From IMG/VR virus record IMGVR_UViG_2140918032_000035: a DNA stretch of 58,218 bases; one strand, given 5' to 3'. Below the pieces are notes generated by a model. The model saw only the letters and a program-made list of their open reading frames with translations. It ran no database searches and had not been told where the DNA came from. Positions 28,979-37,090 of the stretch are shown piece by piece. Within the stretch, counting starts at the first letter, position 1; each line of letters opens with the position of its first letter. This stretch comes from an uncultured virus (IMG/VR IMGVR_UViG_2140918032_000035) (taxonomy: Duplodnaviria > Heunggongvirae > Uroviricota > Caudoviricetes). Both the position numbers and the translations under genes were made by a program.

Positions 28979-29401
28979 ATGGGACTCATCAGACTTTATA
29001 CGGGATATTTTGCACAGGTAAAGAAGTACGAAAATGCGGGAATGATGCCCGTGTCCGTATCCCGCTTTACGCCTAAGTGGTTTCACGGTCCTGTTCTTGC
29101 TGAACTCGCTCCCTCCGCTTCTTTGCTCAATCGTTTCAAGGACGGCAGGATCCCCGTCGAGGTTTTCGATAAGCAGTACCGTGCCGAGATGGCATCTGTT
29201 GACATCTTGCAGGCGATCAGGTCTCTGGATCTTGATTTCGCCGAGAACGATACTTACAGTCTGGTGTTCTGCTGCTTTGAAAAGCCCGGCGATCATTGCC
29301 ACAGACATATATTGGCTGACATCATTAAAACACGGCATCGCGTCGAGATAAACGAAGTCGATGTCGAATCTTTAACACAAGGAGTGACTTATGGACGATG
29401 A
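28979..29401 (+). CDS. DUF488-like protein
   Basis: LYTGYF, LAPS, C.EKPGD.CHR motifs; GGGAGG RBS. Confidence 0.7.
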   Translation: MGLIRLYTGYFAQVKKYENAGMMPVSVSRFTPKWFHGPVLAELAPSASLLNRFKDGRIPVEVFDKQYRAEMASVDILQAIRSLDLDFAENDTYSLVFCCFEKPGDHCHRHILADIIKTRHRVEINEVDVESLTQGVTYGR

Positions 29402-29717
29402 CAAACTTTTAGAGTATTTCAGGACTGTGCATCTGATGACTGAAGATCAGGCTCAGGCACAACTTCTGAAATTGAACAAACACCAGGATATTAAGGCGGA
29501 GCTGATAAGGTCTATCGACACGATGCTCCCCGATCCGAACAATATCGAGGTTCAGGGTTATACCGCTTGGGAACTTCGTTCATCCTTTGAAGGTATGACA
29601 CTGCTCGGTGCTTATAATTATCTGATCTACTTACGGGAAGAGCCCTTGAAAGCCCGTTATTGGCTGAGAAAGGGTATGCCATTAAAACAACTTGCGGAGG
29701 TAGTAACACATGAGTAG
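29391..29717 (+). CDS. Hypothetical protein
   Basis: AAGGAG RBS. Confidence 0.7.
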   Translation: MDDDKLLEYFRTVHLMTEDQAQAQLLKLNKHQDIKAELIRSIDTMLPDPNNIEVQGYTAWELRSSFEGMTLLGAYNYLIYLREEPLKARYWLRKGMPLKQLAEVVTHE

Positions 29718-30189
29718 AGCTTATTTTGACATGAAGACAAACATCAAGCAGCTGAACGATAAGGTTCAGTCCCCGCCTTTGGACAAACTGTTCTTTCAGT
29801 GCGAGGACAGATTCTATGAAGTTGAGTGTCAGGGAGAAGCAGAATACGGTTATTCCGACGGATTCCTTTCCGGTTCGTGGAAAGGTCAGGTCTTATACCG
29901 TGAAGTCGATGCCGCTCTTGTTCCTTTGGATGACGATTTCAAGGAGATCACTCCGTACTGCTTCTTGAGTGATGCCCGTACCCGTCTTATCGGTTTCAGG
30001 ATCGATGACGACGCTCTGGATGCTCAAGGATACACCGCTGCATTCGTTCCTTACTGCGAGTTTGCAGCCGTTTCTGCAGTTGTTTATAATCAGGATGCAG
30101 GCATCGAACAGAACTTCTCATTCCGTTCATTTCAGATGAAGACTGAAGGTGAATTGATCGCCGCTGCTTCTGAAGGCAGGGGTGTCTGA
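29710..30189 (+). CDS. Hypothetical protein, C-terminus EGRGV
   Basis: GGAGG RBS. Confidence 0.7.
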   Translation: MSRAYFDMKTNIKQLNDKVQSPPLDKLFFQCEDRFYEVECQGEAEYGYSDGFLSGSWKGQVLYREVDAALVPLDDDFKEITPYCFLSDARTRLIGFRIDDDALDAQGYTAAFVPYCEFAAVSAVVYNQDAGIEQNFSFRSFQMKTEGELIAAASEGRGV

Positions 30190-30406
30190 TATATCAGTCA
30201 TACAAGGAGGTGATACAGTGGTACCGATCGAGTTGCACTCGACTGACCTCGGCCGTGAGATATATGTTGACGCGACCGATATGCAGTCGTTTTACAAGAC
30301 CAAAGAAGGCTCTAACACGACAACGATCTTGTTTAAGAGCTCCGGGCGTTTGGTTGTAAACGAGAGCCCGGAACAGATTTTAGACTTAGTAAGAAAAGGA
30401 GCGTAA
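30182..30406 (+). CDS. FlbD-like small protein (start may be GTG at 30218)
   Basis: TTI....G.LVV.ESPEQI pattern. Confidence 0.5.
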   Translation: MSDISVIQGGDTVVPIELHSTDLGREIYVDATDMQSFYKTKEGSNTTTILFKSSGRLVVNESPEQILDLVRKGA

Positions 30407-30410
30407 GTTT

Positions 30411-30752
30411 ATGGGTAAGTATGGAAGCGGTCTGTCATCAGGACAGGTAGCAAATATGGAGAAAGAGGAAATCCGTGAGGCTTTGAACGGTCGTATCAGA
30501 GTAGGAGAGAACGAGAGCGGTTTCATTTACGAGCCGTGTGAAGATAAAGAACAGCTGAATATGGTCGTTCTCCGTGCGTATGATGCTCTCTATTATCAGT
30601 TGCAGCAGGCTTTGGCATCCGGCAGAGCTCTTGAAAAGATGCTCCAGGACGCATCGGGTAAGCCCAATCTGGCAGCCTATCAGCAGGCTTTGATGGCGAC
30701 TGCAATTACAGACGATTATGTCTATGAGGAAGACGAGATAGACGGAGAGTAA
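30411..30752 (+). CDS. Hypothetical protein
   Basis: AAGGAG RBS. Confidence 0.65.
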   Translation: MGKYGSGLSSGQVANMEKEEIREALNGRIRVGENESGFIYEPCEDKEQLNMVVLRAYDALYYQLQQALASGRALEKMLQDASGKPNLAAYQQALMATAITDDYVYEEDEIDGE

Positions 30753-30768
30753 GAAAGGGGGAAGCGTT

Positions 30769-31176
30769 ATGATGAATGATAAGCAGGAGCCTACCATCAC
30801 CGATGATGGCACAAGGCTTGTTTTTTCAGGAGCTTATGCTTCCAACTTTATGATATATTCGTATGTCTATTCTGATCCGGTCTGGGTATTCCAGAAATTG
30901 ATAAAGCGTTCGTCTTTGGATTCCAAGGCTCAATATACAATGCGTCTATCTGCTGAGAAAGCAACGACTACCACTTTGGACAGCCGTGGCAAACCGCGTG
31001 TTGCTCTGGAAGACAATCACAGAGAACTCTATCTTGAGCATCTTGATAAAGACTCTCTGGTTCCCGGCTTCGTAAGCATTGCCCAGGAGTTGGGTGTTGA
31101 TGAGTTTAATGCTATCGGCTTCCTTTCAGATACGGTCTTGACTGTTGAAGCGGAAGGAGGTCTCGATGTCGGATGA
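30769..31176 (+). CDS. Hypothetical protein
   Basis: AAAGGGGG RBS. Confidence 0.65.
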   Translation: MMNDKQEPTITDDGTRLVFSGAYASNFMIYSYVYSDPVWVFQKLIKRSSLDSKAQYTMRLSAEKATTTTLDSRGKPRVALEDNHRELYLEHLDKDSLVPGFVSIAQELGVDEFNAIGFLSDTVLTVEAEGGLDVG

Positions 31177-31339
31177 TCCGGATCAGGCTATCCAGGAGAC
31201 TATCCTGAAGTATCATCTCTCACCGAAGAGCAAACCCAAGGAGATCCTGGACGCAGCAATCAGCGAGTTTGGTATCTCGGAGGCGGGCATGTACGCTGCC
31301 GAGATGCGTCACATCCTATATGCACATAAGTACGAGTAA
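31166..31339 (+). CDS. Small hypothetical protein
   Basis: AAGGAGG RBS before MSDD. Confidence 0.6.
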   Translation: MSDDPDQAIQETILKYHLSPKSKPKEILDAAISEFGISEAGMYAAEMRHILYAHKYE

Positions 31340-31343
31340 GTAT

Positions 31344-31700
31344 ATGAACAACGATCTGAAAACAAAGATTATAGACGAGCTTCACATTGCCCGGAACAAG
31401 GCTCTGGTTGCCAAACGCACTCTGGAAGACGAGGCTATGGCCGATCCCAAGCACGAGTTCTGGATCCGCGGCAGCAAATCACATCTGCTCGGTAAGGAGC
31501 ATCGCGGGGAACTGATCGGCCTGAGCGACTTTCTATTCCGTGTGCGTGATGACGATTTCAACGCCGATGTGTTCCTTGACAAAGCCCGCCGGGAAGCCAA
31601 TCGAATGCGAACTGACGGGAATGATGAAGACAAGGCTTTTGCAGCGGGGCTGATAAAGGCACTTGACCAGATCGAAGCAGTTTGGAAAGAACCGGCCTGA
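31344..31700 (+). CDS. Hypothetical protein
   Basis: Last gene of operon, start MNNDL. Confidence 0.65.
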   Translation: MNNDLKTKIIDELHIARNKALVAKRTLEDEAMADPKHEFWIRGSKSHLLGKEHRGELIGLSDFLFRVRDDDFNADVFLDKARREANRMRTDGNDEDKAFAAGLIKALDQIEAVWKEPA

Positions 31701-31722
31701 ATATGACACTTTGATTACAGGC

Positions 31723-31750
31723 TTGAATTTTTATTTATTCCCGTTATAAT
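31723..31750 (+). promoter_or_regulatory. Sigma-A-type promoter of candidate sRNA
   Basis: TTGAAT-N16-TATAAT. Confidence 0.6.
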
Positions 31751-31756
31751 AATCTT

Positions 31757-31968
31757 AACCGTAGTATTCCTGAGCGGTTTACTTCTCGGTTAATAAACAA
31801 GGGTTCTATATAAGGCAACGCTTTTAGTTTTTTGTTTCTCAAACAAATGCCTCACGAGGAAACGCTTTACACTCAGGAAATGTCCTTCTAAGGAAACGGG
31901 TTCAACTTAAAATCGTTACTATGTCTGAACACTGCTCTCTGCGCTCCGCGTGGAGGGCGGTGTTTTTT
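31757..31968 (+). ncRNA. Candidate ~210-nt sRNA
   Basis: Own promoter and strong terminator (31928-31968); TTCCTGAG/CTCAGGAA stem; three AGG(A/C)AACG repeats; no ORF with RBS. Confidence 0.55.
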
Positions 31969-31974
31969 AACGGC

Positions 31975-32015
31975 TTGTTTTTTCTGAAATGTGAGGTTAT
32001 AATATGTATAGATAA
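31975..32015 (+). promoter_or_regulatory. tRNA promoter
   Basis: TTGTTT-N17-TATAAT; GGTTATAATATGTATAGATAA identical to the tmRNA promoter. Confidence 0.7.
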
Positions 32016-32029
32016 TTCTATAAATAACT

Positions 32030-32104
32030 GCTCGCATGGCTCAATGGTACAGCGACGGTATCGTAAACCGTAGATTCAGGGTTCGATTCCCTGTGTGAGC
32101 TCCA
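32030..32104 (+). tRNA. tRNA-Thr (anticodon CGU)
   Basis: Acceptor GCTCGCA/TGTGAGC, anticodon stem ACGGT/ACCGT with loop ATCGTAA, T-arm CAGGG-TTCGATT-CCCTG, encoded CCA. Confidence 0.92.
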
Positions 32105-32112
32105 CCCGATTC

Positions 32113-32285
32113 TTCACGAGAGGGTTTGTATTACCGGCTTTTGTAAGCTCGCTCCGGAGTTTAAGAGAGGCTCTCGTGAAACAGCATTGTTACCTCTCTT
32201 AAACACTCCTTGAACCCAAGCGAACTTTCGGCATTCTGAGTTTCTAAAGCCCTCTGTACTCGGATGCCATTACCGATCAGAGGGC
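32113..32285 (+). ncRNA. Tandem double H-type pseudoknot RNA in the tRNA trailer
   Basis: Four crossing stems of about 8-12 bp (see findings). Confidence 0.6.
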
Positions 32286-32313
32286 CCTTACTATAACTTA
32301 AAGGAGATGTGAC

Positions 32314-32565
32314 ATGTCCAACGAAATAGATCTGACGACAGCTAATTCCACTATTATTCCGCTTACCCACAGAGGCGGAATATCGGAAAAGACTATTGCT
32401 ATGATGGCAGAAGCCCACGGTAAGATGATGGAAAAGATGCACCAGGACTTAAAAGAGGGCAAGAGCGAGCTAATCGTTATGAACCCGAAAGAGAGCCTTT
32501 TACCTGAGCTGGAATATATCGGTGACGGTAAGTACCGCTTTAAGAAGGATACCCCGTCCTCTTAA
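32314..32565 (+). CDS. Hypothetical protein
   Basis: AAAGGAG RBS. Confidence 0.65.
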   Translation: MSNEIDLTTANSTIIPLTHRGGISEKTIAMMAEAHGKMMEKMHQDLKEGKSELIVMNPKESLLPELEYIGDGKYRFKKDTPSS

Positions 32566-32648
32566 AGATAAGAACACATAAAGGCAATCTGTCCTGCTGC
32601 TTCAGGGACAGAGGGTGCGGATAGCAAAGTTATGAAAGTTGGTTTATT

Positions 32649-32975
32649 ATGAGCAGAAAGTTTAATTCCGTATTCAAGAGTAAGCACGATGACATGCTCA
32701 AGAGCCTGAGGAGTGCATTGATGTTAATGGTCGCTCCGATCGTGTCTTGGGCTTTCTATTTGCGGACCGGTATGGCAGTGTCTTATTATCTGACGATGAT
32801 ATTACTCATCCCGGCTGTTGTCTTTTTCTGGGTTTTCCTCAGAGATACCGGCAGAGTCATCATCTACTACAAGTTCTATTCGCCTTATGGCGAAGACACT
32901 CCTCACGCTCAGGGTAAGAAGAAGTTATCAAAGAGACAGCGTCAGAAGTTAAAGGCTAAGGAGGGAGAGGTCTGA
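32649..32975 (+). CDS. Two-TM membrane protein
   Basis: Two hydrophobic segments, basic tail. Confidence 0.65.
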   Translation: MSRKFNSVFKSKHDDMLKSLRSALMLMVAPIVSWAFYLRTGMAVSYYLTMILLIPAVVFFWVFLRDTGRVIIYYKFYSPYGEDTPHAQGKKKLSKRQRQKLKAKEGEV

Positions 32976-33160
32976 TGAGTGATTATACTGCCGTCATACA
33001 TTGTAAAAAGTGCAATGCCGAATTATCGCGTATCCGGGCCTACCACGACAAGCCCGGAATGTTTGTTCCTCAGGACATCATGACAAAGGATTTTCAGATA
33101 GACTCGATCTTCTGTCAGGCATGTCTCAACGCTGAACCAAAGGAGGAAGCCAATGTCTAA
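32975..33160 (+). CDS. Small zinc-ribbon protein
   Basis: CKKC..CQAC. Confidence 0.6.
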   Translation: MSDYTAVIHCKKCNAELSRIRAYHDKPGMFVPQDIMTKDFQIDSIFCQACLNAEPKEEANV

Positions 33161-33872
33161 CTCACAGTTTTTAATCAAGTATCCCGAAACTATGTATTCG
33201 GACCTTATGCGTAAAGTCGATGCCGAGATAACCAAGATGGAATCTGCCATCAAGCCTACGCTGTTCAAGATGAAGAAGGCCAAGAATACCGTGACCTGGC
33301 TCTCGATCGTCTGGTTCTTCCAGGCAATCCTCTGGATGTTCCTGGTCGTTCCCGTACCGGAGAACATTATGACATTCTGGATGCTCATAGGCTTCATCCT
33401 GTTCTTTACCCTTATCGGCAATATCATCACCTTTATCGTTAAGAAGAAAAAGGTCAAGGAGATCGTTTCGCAATGTACCGGATCCCGCCAGGAAGCCAAG
33501 TACCTTTATGAAGTGGTCACCGCCGTCAGTCCCGACTTAAATCCGGCCTGGCGTGACGCTTTGGAACGAGCAGTTAAGAAGACAAAGAAGTTTGCAGATT
33601 CCCAGGCTCTTGAGTCCCTGCGTAACATCGAGCATCTTCAAAATTGCGAGAGGAATAAGAACATGTCGATTGACTTCGACGGCTGCTATAACAATGAAGT
33701 CCTGCTGTTCAACATTACCGATGCAGAACGCTGCTTCTGCACTATGCGTATCTGGATGGGCAAGGACGCTGATAAGTGCGTATCAAAGCACAAGGACGGC
33801 TTGTATGTCATCGACCTTACGGGCATCGTTAAGTTGCTCAATCCTTTTACAACAGGAGCACAATATGGATGA
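33153..33872 (+). CDS. Two-TM membrane protein
   Basis: AAGGAGG RBS; hydrophobic pair. Confidence 0.7.
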   Translation: MSNSQFLIKYPETMYSDLMRKVDAEITKMESAIKPTLFKMKKAKNTVTWLSIVWFFQAILWMFLVVPVPENIMTFWMLIGFILFFTLIGNIITFIVKKKKVKEIVSQCTGSRQEAKYLYEVVTAVSPDLNPAWRDALERAVKKTKKFADSQALESLRNIEHLQNCERNKNMSIDFDGCYNNEVLLFNITDAERCFCTMRIWMGKDADKCVSKHKDGLYVIDLTGIVKLLNPFTTGAQYG

Positions 33873-34542
33873 AGAAATGCTGTTTGAATGCGACATAAAA
33901 GAGCTGGACTATGGTATCTATGACAGGATCAGTCAGTTCGTTAAGGGCAGAGTCTCAAAAGACTTGGTCTCTCACGGTCTGGGGCTTGCTCTGACTGTCC
34001 CGATCGGAGCGGTGCTTATCGCCGGCACTTTAAGTGACCGCACATGGATCACGGTCCTGTCTGTTATCGTCTATCTCTTTCTGATCGGGCTTTTTACTTG
34101 TCTGTTGGTAAAGAAGCTGAAGATCCTCCGACAGTTAAAATATCCCGGGGACTGGAGGTGCTTTGTGAGTACCGTGCAGGAAAAGGATGCAGTCCGCGAT
34201 CCTGATAATAAAGAGAAAGTCCGTGACTATCTGTTAAAGTTCAAAGGTCTCGGCATTGCGACGGTCGATCGTGATACTTATGAGCGTTCGACCTGGGGAG
34301 ATCCCTGCTATGTTATTAAGCTCGGAACCTTTACTACGGCCGTAGAAACACCTGACCGTGCTCTGTCATCAGATGACATGCCCGACGAAGAGGAGGATAC
34401 GGAAACAAAAACCCCTGTTTCCAGAGTGTCCTGGAAGGCAGAGTCCCAATGCGATTCGTGCGACCATTCCGACAACTGTCCATTTCGCCAGGACGGAAAA
34501 GATACAGTTATTGTTAACTGCAAAAACTATAAAAACTCTTGA
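33865..34542 (+). CDS. Two-TM membrane protein with Cys-rich C-terminus
   Basis: AGGAG RBS before MDEEM; CDSC..C..C. Confidence 0.7.
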   Translation: MDEEMLFECDIKELDYGIYDRISQFVKGRVSKDLVSHGLGLALTVPIGAVLIAGTLSDRTWITVLSVIVYLFLIGLFTCLLVKKLKILRQLKYPGDWRCFVSTVQEKDAVRDPDNKEKVRDYLLKFKGLGIATVDRDTYERSTWGDPCYVIKLGTFTTAVETPDRALSSDDMPDEEEDTETKTPVSRVSWKAESQCDSCDHSDNCPFRQDGKDTVIVNCKNYKNS

Positions 34543-34567
34543 CTAATCGCGCCCAATGGGCTATAAT
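34539..34567 (+). promoter_or_regulatory. Sigma-A-type promoter
   Basis: TTGACT-N17-TATAAT. Confidence 0.7.
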
Positions 34568-34600
34568 ATACGCAAGACGATTTTAAGGAGCAACTTGCGT

Positions 34601-34834
34601 ATGACAGCCTGGGTTTTGGTTCTCGCTATTATTTATGTCATAATCTCTGTGTTCATCGGTATCCTGGATCTGGCATCTATGTATGCACAGACTCAAGAGC
34701 TTAACAGCACTCCGATCGGAGACATCGGAGAATATGTCGAACCAAGGCACATTACGGGCATACACAATATCGTGTTTCTGCCGAGCATCATCGTTATCTT
34801 ATGCGGTGTCGGTCTGTCGAAACTGACGGACTGA
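34601..34834 (+). CDS. Small membrane protein
   Basis: AAGGAG RBS before MTAWV; two hydrophobic segments. Confidence 0.6.
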   Translation: MTAWVLVLAIIYVIISVFIGILDLASMYAQTQELNSTPIGDIGEYVEPRHITGIHNIVFLPSIIVILCGVGLSKLTD

Positions 34835-34884
34835 TCCCGCATTTTTGTTATACTCAATCTATACAATACAAAGGAGGCTTTTTT

Positions 34885-35256
34885 ATGAGCACCTGGATCA
34901 GCGGAGACATTAAGTTTAAGCCGGGCGTAGGCGATGTTGAGGGTTATCAGAGAGTCAACAGTGCAGCCTGGGATCTGGGCATCAAGGACCTGCTTGATAA
35001 CAGCGGAGATACAGGGCCGGATTCCATCGAGTTCTGCGGCGATCTTCCCAACCTAAGCGAGACTGTTATTCACCAGCTCTTTGCTATGGTTGCTGACATC
35101 GTAGAATCGGCAGAGATCATTATGAGCGGAGACAGTGAATGCAAGATCACCGTCACGGACGGTGTCCTGCACAGAGCAGATGCCCGCACCGTATATGACC
35201 TCAATCAGCAGGACATAAACCTTACAACCATTCAGTTCGATGCAGGGAGGAGTTAA
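34885..35256 (+). CDS. Acidic hypothetical protein, tandem paralog 1, C-terminus AGRS
   Basis: AAGGAGG RBS; WISGDI.F start. Confidence 0.75.
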   Translation: MSTWISGDIKFKPGVGDVEGYQRVNSAAWDLGIKDLLDNSGDTGPDSIEFCGDLPNLSETVIHQLFAMVADIVESAEIIMSGDSECKITVTDGVLHRADARTVYDLNQQDINLTTIQFDAGRS

Positions 35257-35258
35257 TT

Positions 35259-35636
35259 ATGGGTACTTATTCTTATGTTGACGGTACTATTCATTTAAGA
35301 AGCACATCCGATGACGCGATTGAACAGTTACAGCAGATCGCAGGCAATATAGGCAATATGGAAGATCTCTTTGAAGACTGCGGAATAAGGCCCGGTCTTA
35401 TTGACATCGGAACCAATATGCACAATCTCGGCAGCAACGACCTTATCAAGTTCTTTGCCGCTGCCAACGATCTCATCGAGTCTGCTACGCTCTTTATCGA
35501 ACCTGATTGCGAAGTCCCTTGGAAGCTCGAAGTCAAGGACGGAAAGCTCAACACTTCTGACGGACATGTCGAGTACACTCCGAACAACGAGAACATCGAT
35601 CTTGCAACATATCTATCTGAACCCGGGAGGTCTTAA
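35259..35636 (+). CDS. Acidic hypothetical protein, tandem paralog 2, C-terminus PGRS
   Basis: YVDGTI.L..IESA..KDG.L..IDLA.Y. Confidence 0.75.
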   Translation: MGTYSYVDGTIHLRSTSDDAIEQLQQIAGNIGNMEDLFEDCGIRPGLIDIGTNMHNLGSNDLIKFFAAANDLIESATLFIEPDCEVPWKLEVKDGKLNTSDGHVEYTPNNENIDLATYLSEPGRS

Positions 35637-35639
35637 TTT

Positions 35640-36047
35640 ATGAGTAACATAGCCTATGTCAGCGGTAACATTCAGCTCAAGGACTTGCAGAACGGCATGA
35701 CGAACCGAATGATATTCGACCGTATTGAAGAGATTGCCAAGGATAACAACATCGAAGAATTGTTTTTCGACTGTGAACCTTCTTCGTCCGGCGAGGTCAA
35801 CTTTTCCGGTGTTGAGGACCATTGGTACGAACCCAGCGACTACTACAAGTTCTTCGTTCAGGCAGCGCCTTATATCGAGTATGCCTGCTTCGAGTTTGAG
35901 TACGGGGAAGAAAGCGGCTGTTATTGGCAGTTCGAATTCAAGGACGGTCAGCTGTATGAACATAACGGCCAGGTCGTCTTTACCAAGTCTGATACGCCTA
36001 TCGACCTGGCCAAGTATCAGGATCCTCCCGATTCTCCTGCCAGATAA
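35640..36047 (+). CDS. Acidic hypothetical protein, tandem paralog 3
   Basis: YVSGNI.L..IEYA..KDG.L..IDLA.Y. Confidence 0.75.
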   Translation: MSNIAYVSGNIQLKDLQNGMTNRMIFDRIEEIAKDNNIEELFFDCEPSSSGEVNFSGVEDHWYEPSDYYKFFVQAAPYIEYACFEFEYGEESGCYWQFEFKDGQLYEHNGQVVFTKSDTPIDLAKYQDPPDSPAR

Positions 36048-36050
36048 CAC

Positions 36051-36090
36051 TTGAGTTTTTACGGATTCGGGTTATAATATGTATAGATAA
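36051..36090 (+). promoter_or_regulatory. tmRNA promoter
   Basis: TTGAGT-N16-TATAAT. Confidence 0.65.
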
Positions 36091-36115
36091 ATATAGACAT
36101 TTATCTGTCATACAT

Positions 36116-36492
36116 GGGGGTGCCCGGTTTCGACAGGGCTCTTCAAACAATATAAGCGGGTGGTGCAACCCCGACGGACACCTTAAAATCTTCGGGACGC
36201 AGAAGTAACTGCAAACGAAACAGAGCTCGCAGTAGCCTGACACTGCAGCGTCTCATCTCATCTGCCGGTTGAGAACGCTCACACCGCAGACCTCGGAACA
36301 GGGCAGGTCAAGGTTCCGGTCAACCAAGCAGGTTTCTCTTATCTGCTTCTGAGACCTAAATCCCTTTAAGAGATACCGAAGAAGTCGTTTGACGGTGAAC
36401 CGCTTCTGAGGAAAATCCGATCATCGTCTGCACCCGGAGAAAGTGTTGTCCACGAGTTTTGGACAGGGGTTCGATTCCCCTCACCTCCACCA
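36116..36492 (+). ncRNA. ssrA: tmRNA, tag ANETELAVA (36211-36240)
   Basis: 5' GGGGGTG..GGTTTCGAC; 3' GGGGTTCGATTCCCC-TCACCTCCACCA with G3-U pair; TAACT then GCA resume codon. Confidence 0.95.
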
Positions 36493-36628
36493 CGATAGCG
36501 GGTAGTCTTTTCGGAGGCTACGAGAGATGAAAACCTACTCTCCGTCGAGCCATCGGCAGAAGCACAAACTCCACGCGTGGAAGAAAGCAAATGGCACCTT
36601 TTTCAAAGAAGAAAGGAGCTTGTTTATT

Positions 36629-37078
36629 ATGGCGGTAGCTGAATTCGTTTATGAAATGTCCATTGGCGTAGCGGTTTGCTGTGTTATATTTGGCGCTATT
36701 TTTTCAATTTACTTTTTCATAAGTATTCTTGACGGCACTTCAATTTTCTTTCCGTCGAGTTTCATGAATAATGGTAAGGCTCCGGTAATAAAGTTTTTGA
36801 TAAGTGCCGGAGTATTGGCGCTCGGCATTGTTATCGGTGTTGTTCATTGTAAGTATATGAGTCTTAATACCTATACAAATGACGGTTACTATTTGGACCA
36901 GATGGTTGAACAGTATGATCCCAAGCAAGTCCAATACCCGTGTGACGGTACTTTGTGGGACGAGCCTTCGTTAGTTGAAGTTACAATGTTCGACAACAGT
37001 TATTGGTATCTGTATCAGCCCAGACCTACGCCGACACCTACTCCGATCCCGCATCAGGAATTTGCCAGAGATGTTTAA
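36629..37078 (+). CDS. Membrane protein
   Basis: AAAGGAG RBS before MAVAE; two TM segments. Confidence 0.65.
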   Translation: MAVAEFVYEMSIGVAVCCVIFGAIFSIYFFISILDGTSIFFPSSFMNNGKAPVIKFLISAGVLALGIVIGVVHCKYMSLNTYTNDGYYLDQMVEQYDPKQVQYPCDGTLWDEPSLVEVTMFDNSYWYLYQPRPTPTPTPIPHQEFARDV

Positions 37079-37090
37079 GGAGGGAATAGT

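Noticed and set aside
32105..32285. tRNA-associated theta/HDV-like ribozyme
   Set aside because: Could not fit the nested P1-P2-P3-P1.1-P4 topology; there is no room for P3/L3. Kept as an unknown pseudoknot RNA
36116..36492. tmRNA or tRNA as an integration (att) site
   Set aside because: No integrase, no duplicated 3' end and no change in gene character across the site within the window
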